A stretch of DNA of 64,000 bases from Lepidodermella squamata (taxonomy: Eukaryota; Animalia; Gastrotricha), in assembly GCA_047495785.1 (NCBI GenBank), contig JBLDXI010000012.1, positions 620,001 to 684,000 on the forward strand, in the 5' to 3' direction. A program made the position numbers and the translations under genes. Below, piece by piece: positions 37,780-49,647 of this stretch. Position 1 is the first letter of the stretch. Each line of letters opens with the position of its first letter. The notes under the pieces are model-generated. The model was not told the DNA's origin. It made no database searches and worked only from the letters and a program-made list of their open reading frames with translations.

Positions 37780-39070
37780 GGCTGAGATCGCGGTACAACA
37801 TAATGCATAATGTGCAATTAACCAACGAAATTTACAGCCAAGTTCCAAGTTAATAAGTGAAACATGAGAGGTAGAATTACCAAGATTCGGGTAAGCAAGG
37901 CGACAAAGGAAACCGCCAAATTATTGGCGACCCGTCGCGGGATATCGCCATATCCCCTCAACATTGGTATCTGACATCAACGATACCAGTTGCGAAATTC
38001 GATAAAATGCCATGGCACCCTAATATTATCTATACAGAATTGAACCATCGAGGCACCCGCATCAGCTTTCAGCGCTTCGTTTTTGCCAATGAGGCACCCC
38101 GGGAATGTTTTCAGTCGCGACTTCAAGAAGTAAAACATCAGACATAAGACCTGACTCGCTGGGGAAAGGTACCGCGGCCCGTGGGCGAGCTGGCGACAGG
38201 GATTCACAAAGGATTTGCAAAGGATTCGCAAAACTGACATAGTTTCAGGTGTAGCGAGGCCCAAAATACGCAGAGAAGCGGTGCCAAGACAAACATCAAA
38301 TTGAGTGTCAATTGACGGTATTTTGTGTTTCTGAATATGTTCCACCTGAAATAGCCTCAAGAGTCTACAAAATGAAATTCACTGATATTCATTGCCAGCA
38401 AATTTCCAGAGAGCAAAAGCTCGGAGCCATTACCGATCGAGGAACCCAAGGATCAGGGCCCACCGCGCTGTCTCTGGACGCAATCGCAGCGGCTACCACA
38501 CCTCTATTATCGTGAAGGTATGTTTTACGTTGAATTAATGTCAGCAGTCTATAGTCTATTATCAAACAGGCGCAGATGAGCGCAGGTGTTTTTTCTTGGC
38601 GTCGAGACAAGGTGCTCTTCCGCCCTCTCGTCTTCCATCCCTCATCCCTTGTCCTATAGGAGAAGCACTTGAGCGCTAAGTGGGAATCGCGTCACGTGTC
38701 ACGTGGGTAAATTTTGAGAATACTATTTTGTTTTGGAAAAGCTGACGGAGGATATTTTTCAGGTTGCATTTCTTAATATCGGTCAGGTTTATGAATCGAT
38801 CCGGCGCTCAATCGCCGACTGCGGTTAGGTGATGACGACGCGAAAACCTGACAGGTTTGTTCCTGTCCCCTGAACAGGTTTCTTGACTCTGGAATACTGT
38901 GCGCTCTAGTGACGTGGCGAGTTACGAATGTTAATCAATTATCAAACGGAGGATGGTTTTTATTATCATTGATTTTCCCTTACATTGCTCCGTAGAAATG
39001 ATTGTTTATTGTTTGCTTTCTTGTGCATGCTGGTATTTAGAATTTAAGCTCATTTTTACTGCCATTCAAT

Positions 39071-39538
39071 ATGATTTCCACGTTCGCTAAGCGGTCAGTC
39101 ACTGCAATTCAACAAGTCAGCAAGATATATTCAGTAAAAGCTCTGTATTCGTCGGCAGCGGGTAAGAGGTTGTACTCGAAAGAGCATGAATGGGTTTTGG
39201 TGTCTGGATCAACTGGAACTGTTGGAATTTCGGATCATGCCCAAAAAGCGCTCGGTGACGTTGTTTTTGTAGAGTTGCCTGAGGTTGGCACCAAGTTGGC
39301 TATCAATGATAAAAGTGGCGCCGTTGAAAGTGTCAAAGCTGTTAGTGATGTCTACTCGCCTGTGTCGGGTACTGTCTCCGCGGTGAATGAAGCTCTGAAA
39401 ACGTCCCCTGGCTTGATAAACAAATCCTGTTACACCGATGGATGGCTCTACAAAGTGAATATCAGCGATTCATCGGAGCTTGAACAACTAATGGACGATG
39501 CCAAGTACGACGAATTTTTGAAGAGTGCAGACAGTTGA
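39071..39538 (+). CDS. GCSH: Glycine cleavage system H protein, mitochondrial, intronless
   Basis: YSKEHEWV, GISDHAQKALGDVVFVELP, lipoyl motif VESVKAVSDVYSPVSG and a basic N-terminal presequence. Confidence 0.96.
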   Translation: MISTFAKRSVTAIQQVSKIYSVKALYSSAAGKRLYSKEHEWVLVSGSTGTVGISDHAQKALGDVVFVELPEVGTKLAINDKSGAVESVKAVSDVYSPVSGTVSAVNEALKTSPGLINKSCYTDGWLYKVNISDSSELEQLMDDAKYDEFLKSADS

Positions 39539-39814
39539 TCTGCTGCAATGCTCATCCTTGCAACCGGGCCCTTGGAATTTTTTGTTAACCTAATACAGCC
39601 TTGATAGTATTGTTGCCAAATATTTTTATTTGATTTCTCGAAACACTACATTGCTTTCCTTTGCTACTTGGTGATGGTGCGATAAATCGCGTATAAATGA
39701 TGATGACGAATTTACATTATCAATGCATAAATGACCCCACCCTGCTCCGTTTAGATTAACTCTTTTTATATAAATCATTATTCTTCATCTTTGTGCTATT
39801 TAGATTATTTAAGT

Positions 39815-41933
39815 ATGCGGGTTGAGTTGATACTTGCAATTGGAATAACATGCTTGCTTGGGAAGTCATCTGCGTTCTATCTTCCCGGCGTTGCTCCTAA
39901 AAGTTTCTGCGAAACAGCAAGCGATAATTGTCAGAATGAGATTAACATCCTCGTAAATCGACTTGAATCGATAGATTCAGCTCTTCCGTATGAGTATGCC
40001 AGCTTCGATTTTTGTCCGGCGAAGCCAAGTGTTGTGATGCCGGCCGAAAATCTGGGTCAGATTTTATTCGGAGAGAGAATTGAGCCGTCTGGTTATAACG
40101 TGAGTGTTGAATCAAAGCTATATTTTCATGCCTACTGTTATTATCTATTTCAGTTCAATTTTCGTAACAACAGCTTGAAGTGTGCGAACGTTTGCACAAA
40201 GACGTACAAGGCAACAGGTAAAGACAACGCAGCAACGAAGCTTTCATTCTTAAAGCATGCGATTGCGCTGAATTATCATCACGAATGGATCGTTGACAAC
40301 ATGCCCGTAGCTTTCTGCTACAACACGAAAGCAGGCGATGAGGAGGACAAAATCTGCGACCCTACTTTCCCTCTTGGTTGCTTCATCAAGAAGGCCGGTC
40401 TCACTTCAACTTCCGACACATGCAGCTTCTTGCTTGACGGTATCGAACAGAAAGACAACACGTACTACGTTTTCAATCACGTTGACATCGAAATTGGTTA
40501 TCATCATCCTGATGTGGCCCACCCTGAGCTTGGCGCTCGACTTGTTTCAGCCCAAGTTCGCCCCCGCAGTCTTGACTGTGCCGGTGCCACCAAAGGACCT
40601 GTTGCAATTCCTGGCGATAAAGAAGTCGATATCACAATCCCTTACACCTTTTCAGTTACGTTCAAGGAAACTGATGTCCGCTGGTCGTCTCGTTGGGATT
40701 ATTTGTTGAACGCGACTTCATCGATGACGAACATCCAATGGTTTAGCATTCTCAATGCCTCTGTCATCATTTTGTTCCTGTCTGGCATGGTTGCTATGAT
40801 CTTGATGCGCACTGTTCATCGTGATATCATGCGGTACAACCAGCAAGACGCGGAAGAAATGCAAGAAGAGTTTGGTTGGAAATTGGTCCACGGCGACGTT
40901 TTCCGTCCTCCTCAGAAGGCAATGCTTCTTGCAGTATTTGTTGGTAACGGTGTTCAGTTGCTTGTCATGACCTTGATTACTCTCATCTTTGCGGCTCTTG
41001 GATTTTTGTCGCCTGCAAACCGAGGAGCACTCGGTATTTGCGCCCTTGTCGTGTACCTTCTTCTCGGCTGCCCGGCTGGTTACGTTTCTAGTCGTCTTTA
41101 TCGTATGTTCGGCGGCGAGAGATGGTGGTCAAACCTGTGCCTTACCGTGTTTTTGTGCCCCGGAGTCTTGTTCTTAATCTTCTTCATTCTCAACATTGTC
41201 TTGTGGGTAGAGGGCAGCTCAGCTGCTGCTCCTTTCTGGTTGATTATCGTCCTGTTGGTGTTCTGGTTTTTCATCCAGGCCCCGCTCTCGTTCTTCGGCG
41301 CCTATTTTGGTTTCCGGAAAAAGACAATCCGCCAACCAGTTCGTACTAATCAAATTCCTCGCCAGATCCCACCTCAGCCCTGCTACACCCGCCCTCTGCC
41401 TTCTATTTTCATGGGCGGCATTCTCTCTTTCGGCTGTATCTTTATCCAGCTCTATTTCATTCTCAACAGCCTTTGGTAAGTTAACTGCCGATTCCTTTAA
41501 AACGGATTTCTAAAATTTGATAATTACAGGGGTCACCATCTATATTACATGTTCGGCTTTTTGATGTTGGTTTTCGTCATTTTGATCGTCACTGCCTGTG
41601 AATCTACAATCTTGCTGTGTTACTTCCATCTCTGTGCAGAGGTTTGTTCAATTTGTTGACTGATACATGAATTTAAGACGGTTTTGTTTGCAGGATTATC
41701 GCTGGTGGTGGCGCGCTTTCCTCTCGGGTGGCTGCACCGCTCTGTACTTCATGATCTACTGCATTCACTACTACGTCTACAAGACGGAAATGGTGGGAGC
41801 ACTAAACGCAGTCATCTATTTCGGCTATTCGACAGTTATGGCCGTTATCTGTTTCTTGATCACCGGCACTGTTGGCTTCTTGTCGTGCTTCTGGTTCGTC
41901 CGCAAGATCTACAGCGTCATCCGTGTCGACTAG
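39815..41933 (+). CDS. TM9SF2: Transmembrane 9 superfamily member (TM9SF2-like). Exons 39815-40099, 40154-41475, 41530-41641, 41694-41933
   Basis: Signal peptide then [59 protein letters not shown] and [14 protein letters not shown]. Confidence 0.92.
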
Positions 41934-42244
41934 ATGCCTCGTGACGATAGGCTCACATCGACGGATATAAAAACGGAACTATCGCAAAGCAAAATTGATA
42001 CCGTGATAGACTTCGTATCCATGTGTAATAATATTTAACCTAGGTGAATTTTTTGAAAGAAAAGAAATCTTGTCGAAATGGACGGTGTGTTGAAGCTGAA
42101 AATCAGACGTTGAGACTGCTTATATATTATATTGTTACAAATTGATAATGGCCGATTAACTTGAAAAGCAAAATTCGTGTTGTGCATCTTTTGTAACACA
42201 ATAGCGACGTTTAGCTGCGCGGTGAAAATGCCAATTTCTTGTAG

Positions 42245-42778
42245 TAGTTGATATGTGGCTCATTCTGTGAAAGCAATTGCTTGCGAAGCGATCATAATAT
42301 TGTAAGTTGAAACTTTGGTCTCACGGGCTTTTTATCACTCGTTCATTACAATCGGAGATCAGAAATGACGCTCCCCTCTGAACAAGACATTTGTCACTAT
42401 GCATTCCAATTATATTTAATGGCGGAAATAAGTTTGTCATCTTCTAATCATATTTATTTACGATTCTAGGGAATCGGTTCATTTTTGTAAAAGCAGACAG
42501 GAACTCTACTCACCCGTGTAAAATATTTTGTTTGGCCTGATTTTCATTGGTTTTTCGCGGTCTCTTTCAGACCTATTGTTGAGGTTGAGTTGATGACTAC
42601 TTTATAGCGGACGAATGATCAACAAATGGTTGTCATGCATACGAGCCTTACTTACGTTGAACATCTAACTTGGTTGCTGTTACGTGCAAGTCTCTTTTTT
42701 TCCTCATCGTTCGCTGAATACTTGCAGATGGAATGAATATAAGCCACTAATATTTATTGTCGAGCTACCTTCACTATG
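42245..42778 (+). other. Chain of short exon-like segments between TM9SF2 and APTX (spliced UTR, non-coding host RNA or micro-ORF)
   Basis: Donor/acceptor pairs: T|GTAAGT 42302...CAG 42362; ...CTAG 42469; T|GTAAAA...TTTCAG 42570; GAG|GTTGAG 42584...TTGCAG 42728; T|GTAACG near 42778. Confidence 0.35.
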
Positions 42779-42927
42779 TAACGACTATATTATTGTCCAT
42801 ATCATTATAAATATATATATTATATAACGTTATGCACGTTAAAAAGAGATCCTTGTGAGCTTGGAGTAAAGTGTTTCAGTTGAACATTAAATCTGAAAGA
42901 AAATATTTTGCCGCTAGAATTTTAACG

Positions 42928-43765
42928 ATGCCCAAGGAGTTATCTAACATTGCGAAAATGGCAAGCAATGCGGCATCTAAAGCCAAGCCTTATTCGAAGC
43001 CGAATTTTTTAAGCTTGAAGTCGAGCATGAGCTTATCGATGATCGATGATGATGAAGTAGTGGCTATTCGTGACAAATACTCTAAGGTATTGATCGATGA
43101 CTAATTAATTATTCATATCAAAGAAATGCCCTATTTTTTGAGGCGAAATATCACTTTTTAATACTACCTAAAGCACATCACAATCATGATGTTCTGAATA
43201 GCGTGACGGCTCTTACTGGTAACCACGTGGCGTTATTGGAACACATGATCAAAGTCGCAGATACACTGATGGCAAAGTTGAGATTTCCGGATGATATTTG
43301 CTTTAAACTACGGTGGATGTTTTTAGGGAGGCTCCTGGCGTTAAATATCAAACTGGGTTTCACTCAATTCCTAGCATGACGTAAAGTTAACGCGAATTCA
43401 CCGAATTTGAAGTATAAATATAATTTTGAAGGCCGCTCCACATGCATGTGATAAGCACCGACTTCGAATCGGAATGTTTGAAAAACAAGAAGCATTGGAA
43501 TACATTTTCGTCAGAATTCTTCCTCATGGCTGAAGGTATGTGCTTCTGTTAATTCAAACTCCGAATTCAACAAAATATTCCAGATGTCTTGAAGAAGTTG
43601 AAAGCTGATGGTAAAATTGTTGTTGATCGCGCGAAAGCCGAGGAATTGGAGAAACAAAGCCTTCGATGTCGTTGGTGTGGCGGTATCGAAATCAAGAATA
43701 TTCCTGAACTGAAAAAGCATCTAGCTACGTCAAAGCACAAAAATAATGTTGCTGCTAGTCATTAA
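42928..43765 (+). CDS. APTX: Aprataxin (HIT domain plus C2H2 zinc finger), no FHA domain, 5 exons
   Basis: Spliced product has [50 protein letters not shown] and LRCRWC...[13 protein letters not shown]. Mostly missed by the ORF track. Confidence 0.9.
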
Positions 43766-44249
43766 CACAATCTCACTTGTTGTTTTCTATCTCTGAATAA
43801 AAAATTGGAATACGACTTTCTGGGAATGACCGAATCCACCTGCAATTTATGCTGATTCGCTATTTCAGGCAGTGCATTTTAACGCACTTTTTGACGCTTA
43901 GCGATGAAACCAACGAAGCTGTACCCTTTTCAGCGTCACGTGATTTTTCCCGTCAAAGAATTCCTTACAGTTTTCAAACTAAAACTATGCGGTCATCGTC
44001 AGCGTATGTTTCATCAAAAGAATCTGGCTGGATGTTTATATTTATAAGGCATGATTGAAAATTACCAGGAAATATAAAACATATTAGGATCCAATGCTCT
44101 TCTTGCAGACGGTATCAAATCCTTCATGACGTCCATTAGCTGGCGTTATAAAAAATCCAAAAAGAAAATATGAAGCATCATGGCACCAATTTATTTAGTT
44201 TCATTAAAAAAAAGTTTTATAGAGGGGCAACTCTATAGGCACTGAGGTG

Positions 44250-45639
44250 TTAGCGTTCTTGACTAGCCAGTTTTTCAACGAGCCCACTCTTCCGCGCCTC
44301 TCGTCCGAACTCGAACGGTGCGCGCCACTCATGGGTACCAAACAACCGGTAGAGAGCATCCAACGCAGCCATTTGCTCTGCAATAAGCGTTGTTTCGCCG
44401 CCACCTTGTCCCAGTAGTTGTTTGGTACTGGAATCGTATATTCCGATTTTATAAGCAGCCAGAGGCGTGGAAACGCCTGTTTGCCAAATAATGCGCGGTT
44501 CGGGCTCACCACTTGAGCCAGCACCTCCTTTTTCAGCGGGCTTTTTCATAGTTTCAGCCAACAGTCCCATTGGATTAGTGATTTTCCAGAACTGATTAAT
44601 GTCGCGTCCGGAAAGTTGAGTCACAACAAAATCATGGATGAACAAATAGGCTTGTTTTGCACCCTGTCAAAACATGTTCCAAGGTGATTGATGATTAACC
44701 TAAAAAACAATTACCTGGTCACGCTCCAATCCACCGATTAGGGCCTTGAGCACGTTTGCAAAGACTTTGACCGCGGGCGGGAATTCCTGGGAAACAATAA
44801 TGTATGAAAAAACTGGTTTCTAATGGGCAAAACTCACGGTAGATAGGATCAGGTCAGCGGTGCCCATATTTTTGCTTACGTAACCAAGCAAGTCATCAGA
44901 TACCAAGAAATCGCACACGGCCCTAAATAGCGGAATATACAAAGTATGCAACCAATCCTAATGACTTTCGTGAACTCACTTTACCCCTGCGGCCGGGTAC
45001 GCAGGAAGAGAGTGACGAAGAAAAGCCGTGATGTAGGTGCGGCATAGCTGTTCACCTAGAGCAAAGGCAAAATTCAGGTTAAGTATCCCCATCATCAGGC
45101 GGTAGAATACCTTTCACGGCTAGTTCAACATTATTGACGACCGATGGTTCTGTACGAGATGCGATGGCATCCTCGGATTCATTGGATTTTGAAGCAAGTT
45201 TCGCTCGTCTAGCAGCCTCGGCTTCTGCGTAAGCTCTTGAAAAGTGAGAAATATTTAGATGAGGCGAGCTACAAAATTAGAACACAAACTTCTCCGTGAA
45301 AGCCTCAATCATCGTCTCCCTCGTCCATTCTTCATTCATTCTCTTAGAAAATGCGAACAGTTCTGCGTCATAGTTCCAATTCGGCAGTTCACTTCGATGC
45401 TTCGGCTTCTCAGGGCCAACCTCCTCGCGCCTGCGCCACAATTCGAAAAGCACTGGAATGTGGTGGCGACTATGCCTGAATTTGCTGCGCAAAACCGCAG
45501 GTGTCGTTGAAAAATTGAACTTCAGTTGAGCAGTAAATGGCTGGGTTGTAGATTGAGCAGCAGTATTTGATGTTGGGACTATCGGGCTGGCAGCTAACCG
45601 TGCGAGACCGGCTAATTTCGTAAGATCACGGCGAAGCAT
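44250..45639 (-). CDS. MRPL44: Mitochondrial ribosomal protein mL44, multi-exon
   Basis: RSELPNWNYDAELFAFSKR, FIHDFVVTQL...NPMGLL, EPRIIWQTG and LGQGGGET...AEQMAALDALYRLFG, with a basic presequence. Confidence 0.9.
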
Positions 45640-45698
45640 TATCAAAAGTTAATAATACGAACTAAGCCCTTTACGATAAATTCATTTCATTTCACTGA

Positions 45699-47042
45699 TC
45701 AAACGACGAAATTAAAAACATTCTCTTTTCGCTTGAAATATTCAGCTAAACGGCAGCAACCGTAACCGATAAAATCATACTCGGTTTGTATCTGCTGCGA
45801 CTGAATTAAAACAACTAGAGCCCAGAATAAGTGAGAAATCAGAGCCGCTTTTTGAACAATAACATAGTAATCAGCGGCCAATTTTTCCAGCTGGAGATCG
45901 GGCATCGATTTGGTTGAATTTCGATGCTTCAAGTAATGTTTAATCCATTTCAATTGGTACTCCCGCGATGGGTATTTGTTATAGTCGATATCCTTAATCG
46001 GCTCAACACCTAAAGAAACAGTGAACTTTATGATTGTTTTGAAAAATGGACAAACCAGCGAATTCATTGAAAAAGTTTCCGATATCGAAGGCTGGGTAAT
46101 TCAAGTCCGCGTATTCAAAATCGATAAATAGGAAAGATGCTGAAAATTAACAGGTAACATGATCAAGAAAGATTATTCTCAAGACAAATATCTCCTAACT
46201 TTTCTGTTCGTCCACAAAAACCATGTTGGTGAAAAGCAAATCGTTATGACACAAAGTCAATGCGTTTGCTTGGTGATTCTTGTAAGCATCAAAATTTGAT
46301 TGGAGCGCGTCAATTTCTGCATTTAAAGAAGACACACTTCCGTACGCCGAGCTGACTCTGTAAGGCATTGTTACGTTTCTTGTTTATGATTTATGTAAGG
46401 TACTGCTACCGGTCATTTTCGAAAATGTGAGGCAGTTGATCCTCCATAAACTTCACCAACTCCCTCATTTTGGTCCAAATAAACGAAGACTCCGAATGCC
46501 GAAAGCAAGGGTTGCTTTTTTCCAAGGGAATGTTATGAAGCTGAGCCATTTTCTCGGCAACCAATCTGGTCGATTAAAAGAATAAGGTATGGATACTTCA
46601 ATAACATCAAACTGACAGTGAATTGTCCATAGAATTCAAAACCCATTCCCGACACATGGGCTCCCCTTCAACGAACTTGTAGCAAATACCATTTTTAAAC
46701 CGGCAGATTATTCTTGGGGCCAATCCATAAGAAGCCAAAATTTCATGCACGTTCAGCTCTTTCTCACGATCCGTTAAACCAGCAGCTCGAAAAATTCTCA
46801 ATACGTACTGCGAGGATCCGATCTGCCAGCTGAGAACATGGTTAGCAAAGCCACCCGCCAAAGTCTTCAAACAATATTAATGTGTTGTCAGAAATTTCTA
46901 CCTGTACCTTTAAAACCCATGACAAATTTCCAATGTCATGATCACTGCCAACTAGAAATGCTGCCAGCTGCTTCAAAGCATCACTCTTAGCAGTCAAATT
47001 ATCGGGATCAAGTAATAAATTTGAGATCACGCCGTTCATCAT
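45699..47042 (-). CDS. ETNK: Ethanolamine/choline kinase paralog B (divergent), multi-exon
   Basis: LAGGFAN, DREKEL, GLAPRIICRFKNGICYKFVEG, LCHNDLLFTN, FIDFEYADLNYPAFDIGNFFNEFAG and YPSREYQLKWIKHYL. Confidence 0.85.
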
Positions 47043-47491
47043 TGAATCTTAAATTTCTAAAACAGGACAACAGTGAAATGGAGTCGAAACTAATCCGTCA
47101 AAGTCCAAGTTGTTGATTAGGTATAGATCCAATCCAATGGCAGTCTTTTTGTGAGGAAACCGATTTTTACCAATTTCAACATCATAACGATCTTCCTTCA
47201 TTTTAATTCGCGCATTATTAGAAGGCACATAGAAAATCATGACTTAGTAGCATCAGGGAGCCGGATCCATTTGACAACAAAATATCAGACAGTTGCACAT
47301 TGAGACATTGAGTTGATTAGGCTAATAAAATTTTTGAAGATAACAGAATTGGTTCAAAAAACCGCAAATCACAACTTTGCCTTCAAAAAATTTGATAATT
47401 AGAAGACTTTAAAATTAAGCAACTCCATAATACAATAGCCGAGCGATGGTTCAACTAAAATTGTGCATAGCCATTCAAAAAATATTGATCA

Positions 47492-48830
47492 TTAATTGAG
47501 AGAAAGATTCATGTATTGACTCTTATATTTGATGTACTGCGAATAACGCTGCACCGCGAACCTATGAAAATGTTCGTTAGACCAAATTGACAGAGAATCA
47601 AGTAATGACACTTACTCAAAATAGTCAAAGTCCAACTCGGAAAACTCTTTCTGCACCAAAGCCCAGACAGACCATATCAAGTAGGAAGCCAAGGCGAACT
47701 TTTGAACAAATATGTACCATTTTTCTACTTCAGCGTCATCGACAGGTCCGATTTGAAGGATTGAGTGGCGCTTGTTGAGGTACTGCCTAATCCAAGCAAG
47801 TTGATAATCACGCGGTGGATAACGATTGAAATCAACATCATCAACGCCGCAGTATTCGACGAGGTGATTGGCAATATCGAAAGCAGCATAGTTAAAGTCA
47901 GCATATTCGAAATCGATAAAATGTATTTCATCTAATGAAAATTGAATTGGTCCACATCAAATTTCTAAGTTAAAGACATACCTTTTTTCGAGTCGTATAA
48001 GATGTTATTCAATAGCAGATCGTTATGGCAAAACGAAATGGGCAGTTCAGCTAAAGCGTGGCAGCAAACACTCTCAATGTGGGACCTCAACTTTGACGCA
48101 TCTTCTTTGAGCTGAGCGACAGATCCGAATATTTCGGTGAACCGCGGATTAGAATTTGTGGAGCTAGCACATTCTTTTTCCAGAATATTTATAAATAAGT
48201 CCAGCTTCTTCCAAACACAGGGCTCTCTTTTGGATAGGTTTAGGGATGCCACATCATTAGTGATGCCATGGGGCTGCTCATCACTTAATGACAAGCAATG
48301 ATAAGCGGCCAACTTCTCAGCTATCAACTTGGAAATATGGGGCTCGCGGACGCTGCTAACTGTTACAGTTTTGCCATCAACAAAGCCTGAAATAAGCTAA
48401 AAATTAAACGGTTGGTGGGGAATTTTAGTCTAAATACCGTAACAGACACCATTTGCAAATTTTACGAAAACAGGTGGCGCTAAGCCAGTCTTGCTTAGCA
48501 GCACTTGAATTGAAAGCTCGCGATCGCGATCCAAGAACTTTTCAGTGCATTTGCCAAAAATTCGAATAACAGCGGCGCTTTGTTTCCGTGGTACGCTTTG
48601 TTCTGAGCTCTTCAAAAAACACCCCACCAGCTTGTTTGTTATACCATCACTAAAGACCTGCAAATTTGACAATTGAATGCATATTTATCAATAAAATACA
48701 AAATAGATACCTTTAAGTTTATTTCATCTGTATTCCAAGAGGGATCGACGAATGGGAATAGGGAAGACAGCGAGCTCGGAGTGAAGTTATCATCGATAAC
48801 ATGAGGATAGTAAGGAACTTCTAAATCCAT
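47492..48830 (-). CDS. ETNK: Ethanolamine kinase paralog A, multi-exon
   Basis: VFSDGITNKLVGC, IRIFGKCTEKFLDRDRE, FCHNDLLLNNI and FIDFEYADFNYAAFDIANH. Confidence 0.92.
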
Positions 48831-48958
48831 GAAACTCAGCCTCAACAAAACAGTTCGATCTAAACATAAGGCAAAATGATAAAATAATCACGAAAAATCC
48901 AGCAAGGCACGCAACAAAACATTGGAAGTAAGGATGATACAATATTTCAGGTCAGAAT

Positions 48959-49647
48959 TTGGCGCGACGCATATAACTGTCTCCTAAATCTACACGAGTG
49001 GAAACAAAACCCGGTCATCAAAGCAACCAAATTACTTGACTGGCTGAATCCGGCAAGAAATCAAAAATCAATCTGCGAAATTCGCGTCGACGCGAAAACC
49101 GCCTTAAGAAATCACGACATTGACCTCTTGACCCAACAGTACCACAGCGAATACGATGGAAAGCTATTTTGTGCATACTCAGCCACATTTGGGAAGCTTT
49201 TTGACTATAAGAAAAAATATCCTCGTGACGACTACCTCTTTTTGCTAAAGCTTCGCACCAACTGCTATTTCCGACCCCTACGCTTGCTTCGCCAAGGTAT
49301 CAAATTCTGCTCATGTGCGCTGTGTGGTGAACCGGTCTTGTTCTGGCAAATCCCGGCACAAATTGCCTGCGAATGTGAGGAGCGACACCAATACAACTTG
49401 CCTGCCATCGCCAACCTAGCTGAATGGCTCGATTTAGATTTTTTCAACAGAGACATTTTAGTCAAGCTCAAGAGTATATTAAATAGATTTATTCAAGCTA
49501 CTCAAATTTAATGGTGACTGTATTGTGAGACATTTTTGTAAGACTTAGTATCACATCCTCTCAACTCATGTAATTTCATGAGAAATATGTTAGAGTCTGG
49601 GGCTTTAACAATAAAACGCATTCATTCATTCATTGGCGCGACGCATA
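48959..49647 (+). mobile_element. 5'-truncated non-LTR retrotransposon (LINE), about 660 bp, with 15-bp target-site duplication
   Basis: TTGGCGCGACGCATA at 48959-48973 and 49633-49647. The frame is open from the 5' junction (48975) to the stop at 49511, with LINE-like C-terminal LLKLRTN...CALCGE...C. AATAAA and a (CATT)n tail precede the right TSD. Confidence 0.85.

Noticed and set aside
37900-38700. GC-richer stretch with a 127-aa ORF and tandem CACGTG E-boxes between LRMDA and GCSH
   Set aside because: No recognisable protein, RNA family or element ends; probably divergent promoter or decayed repeat.
40100-40153. Extra 18 codons in the TM9SF2 ORF
   Set aside because: It is a stop-free in-frame 54-nt GT-AG intron.
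43433-43455. APTX HIT motif reads PLHMH rather than HxHxH
   Set aside because: The first His is variable in non-vertebrate aprataxins; the catalytic His is retained.
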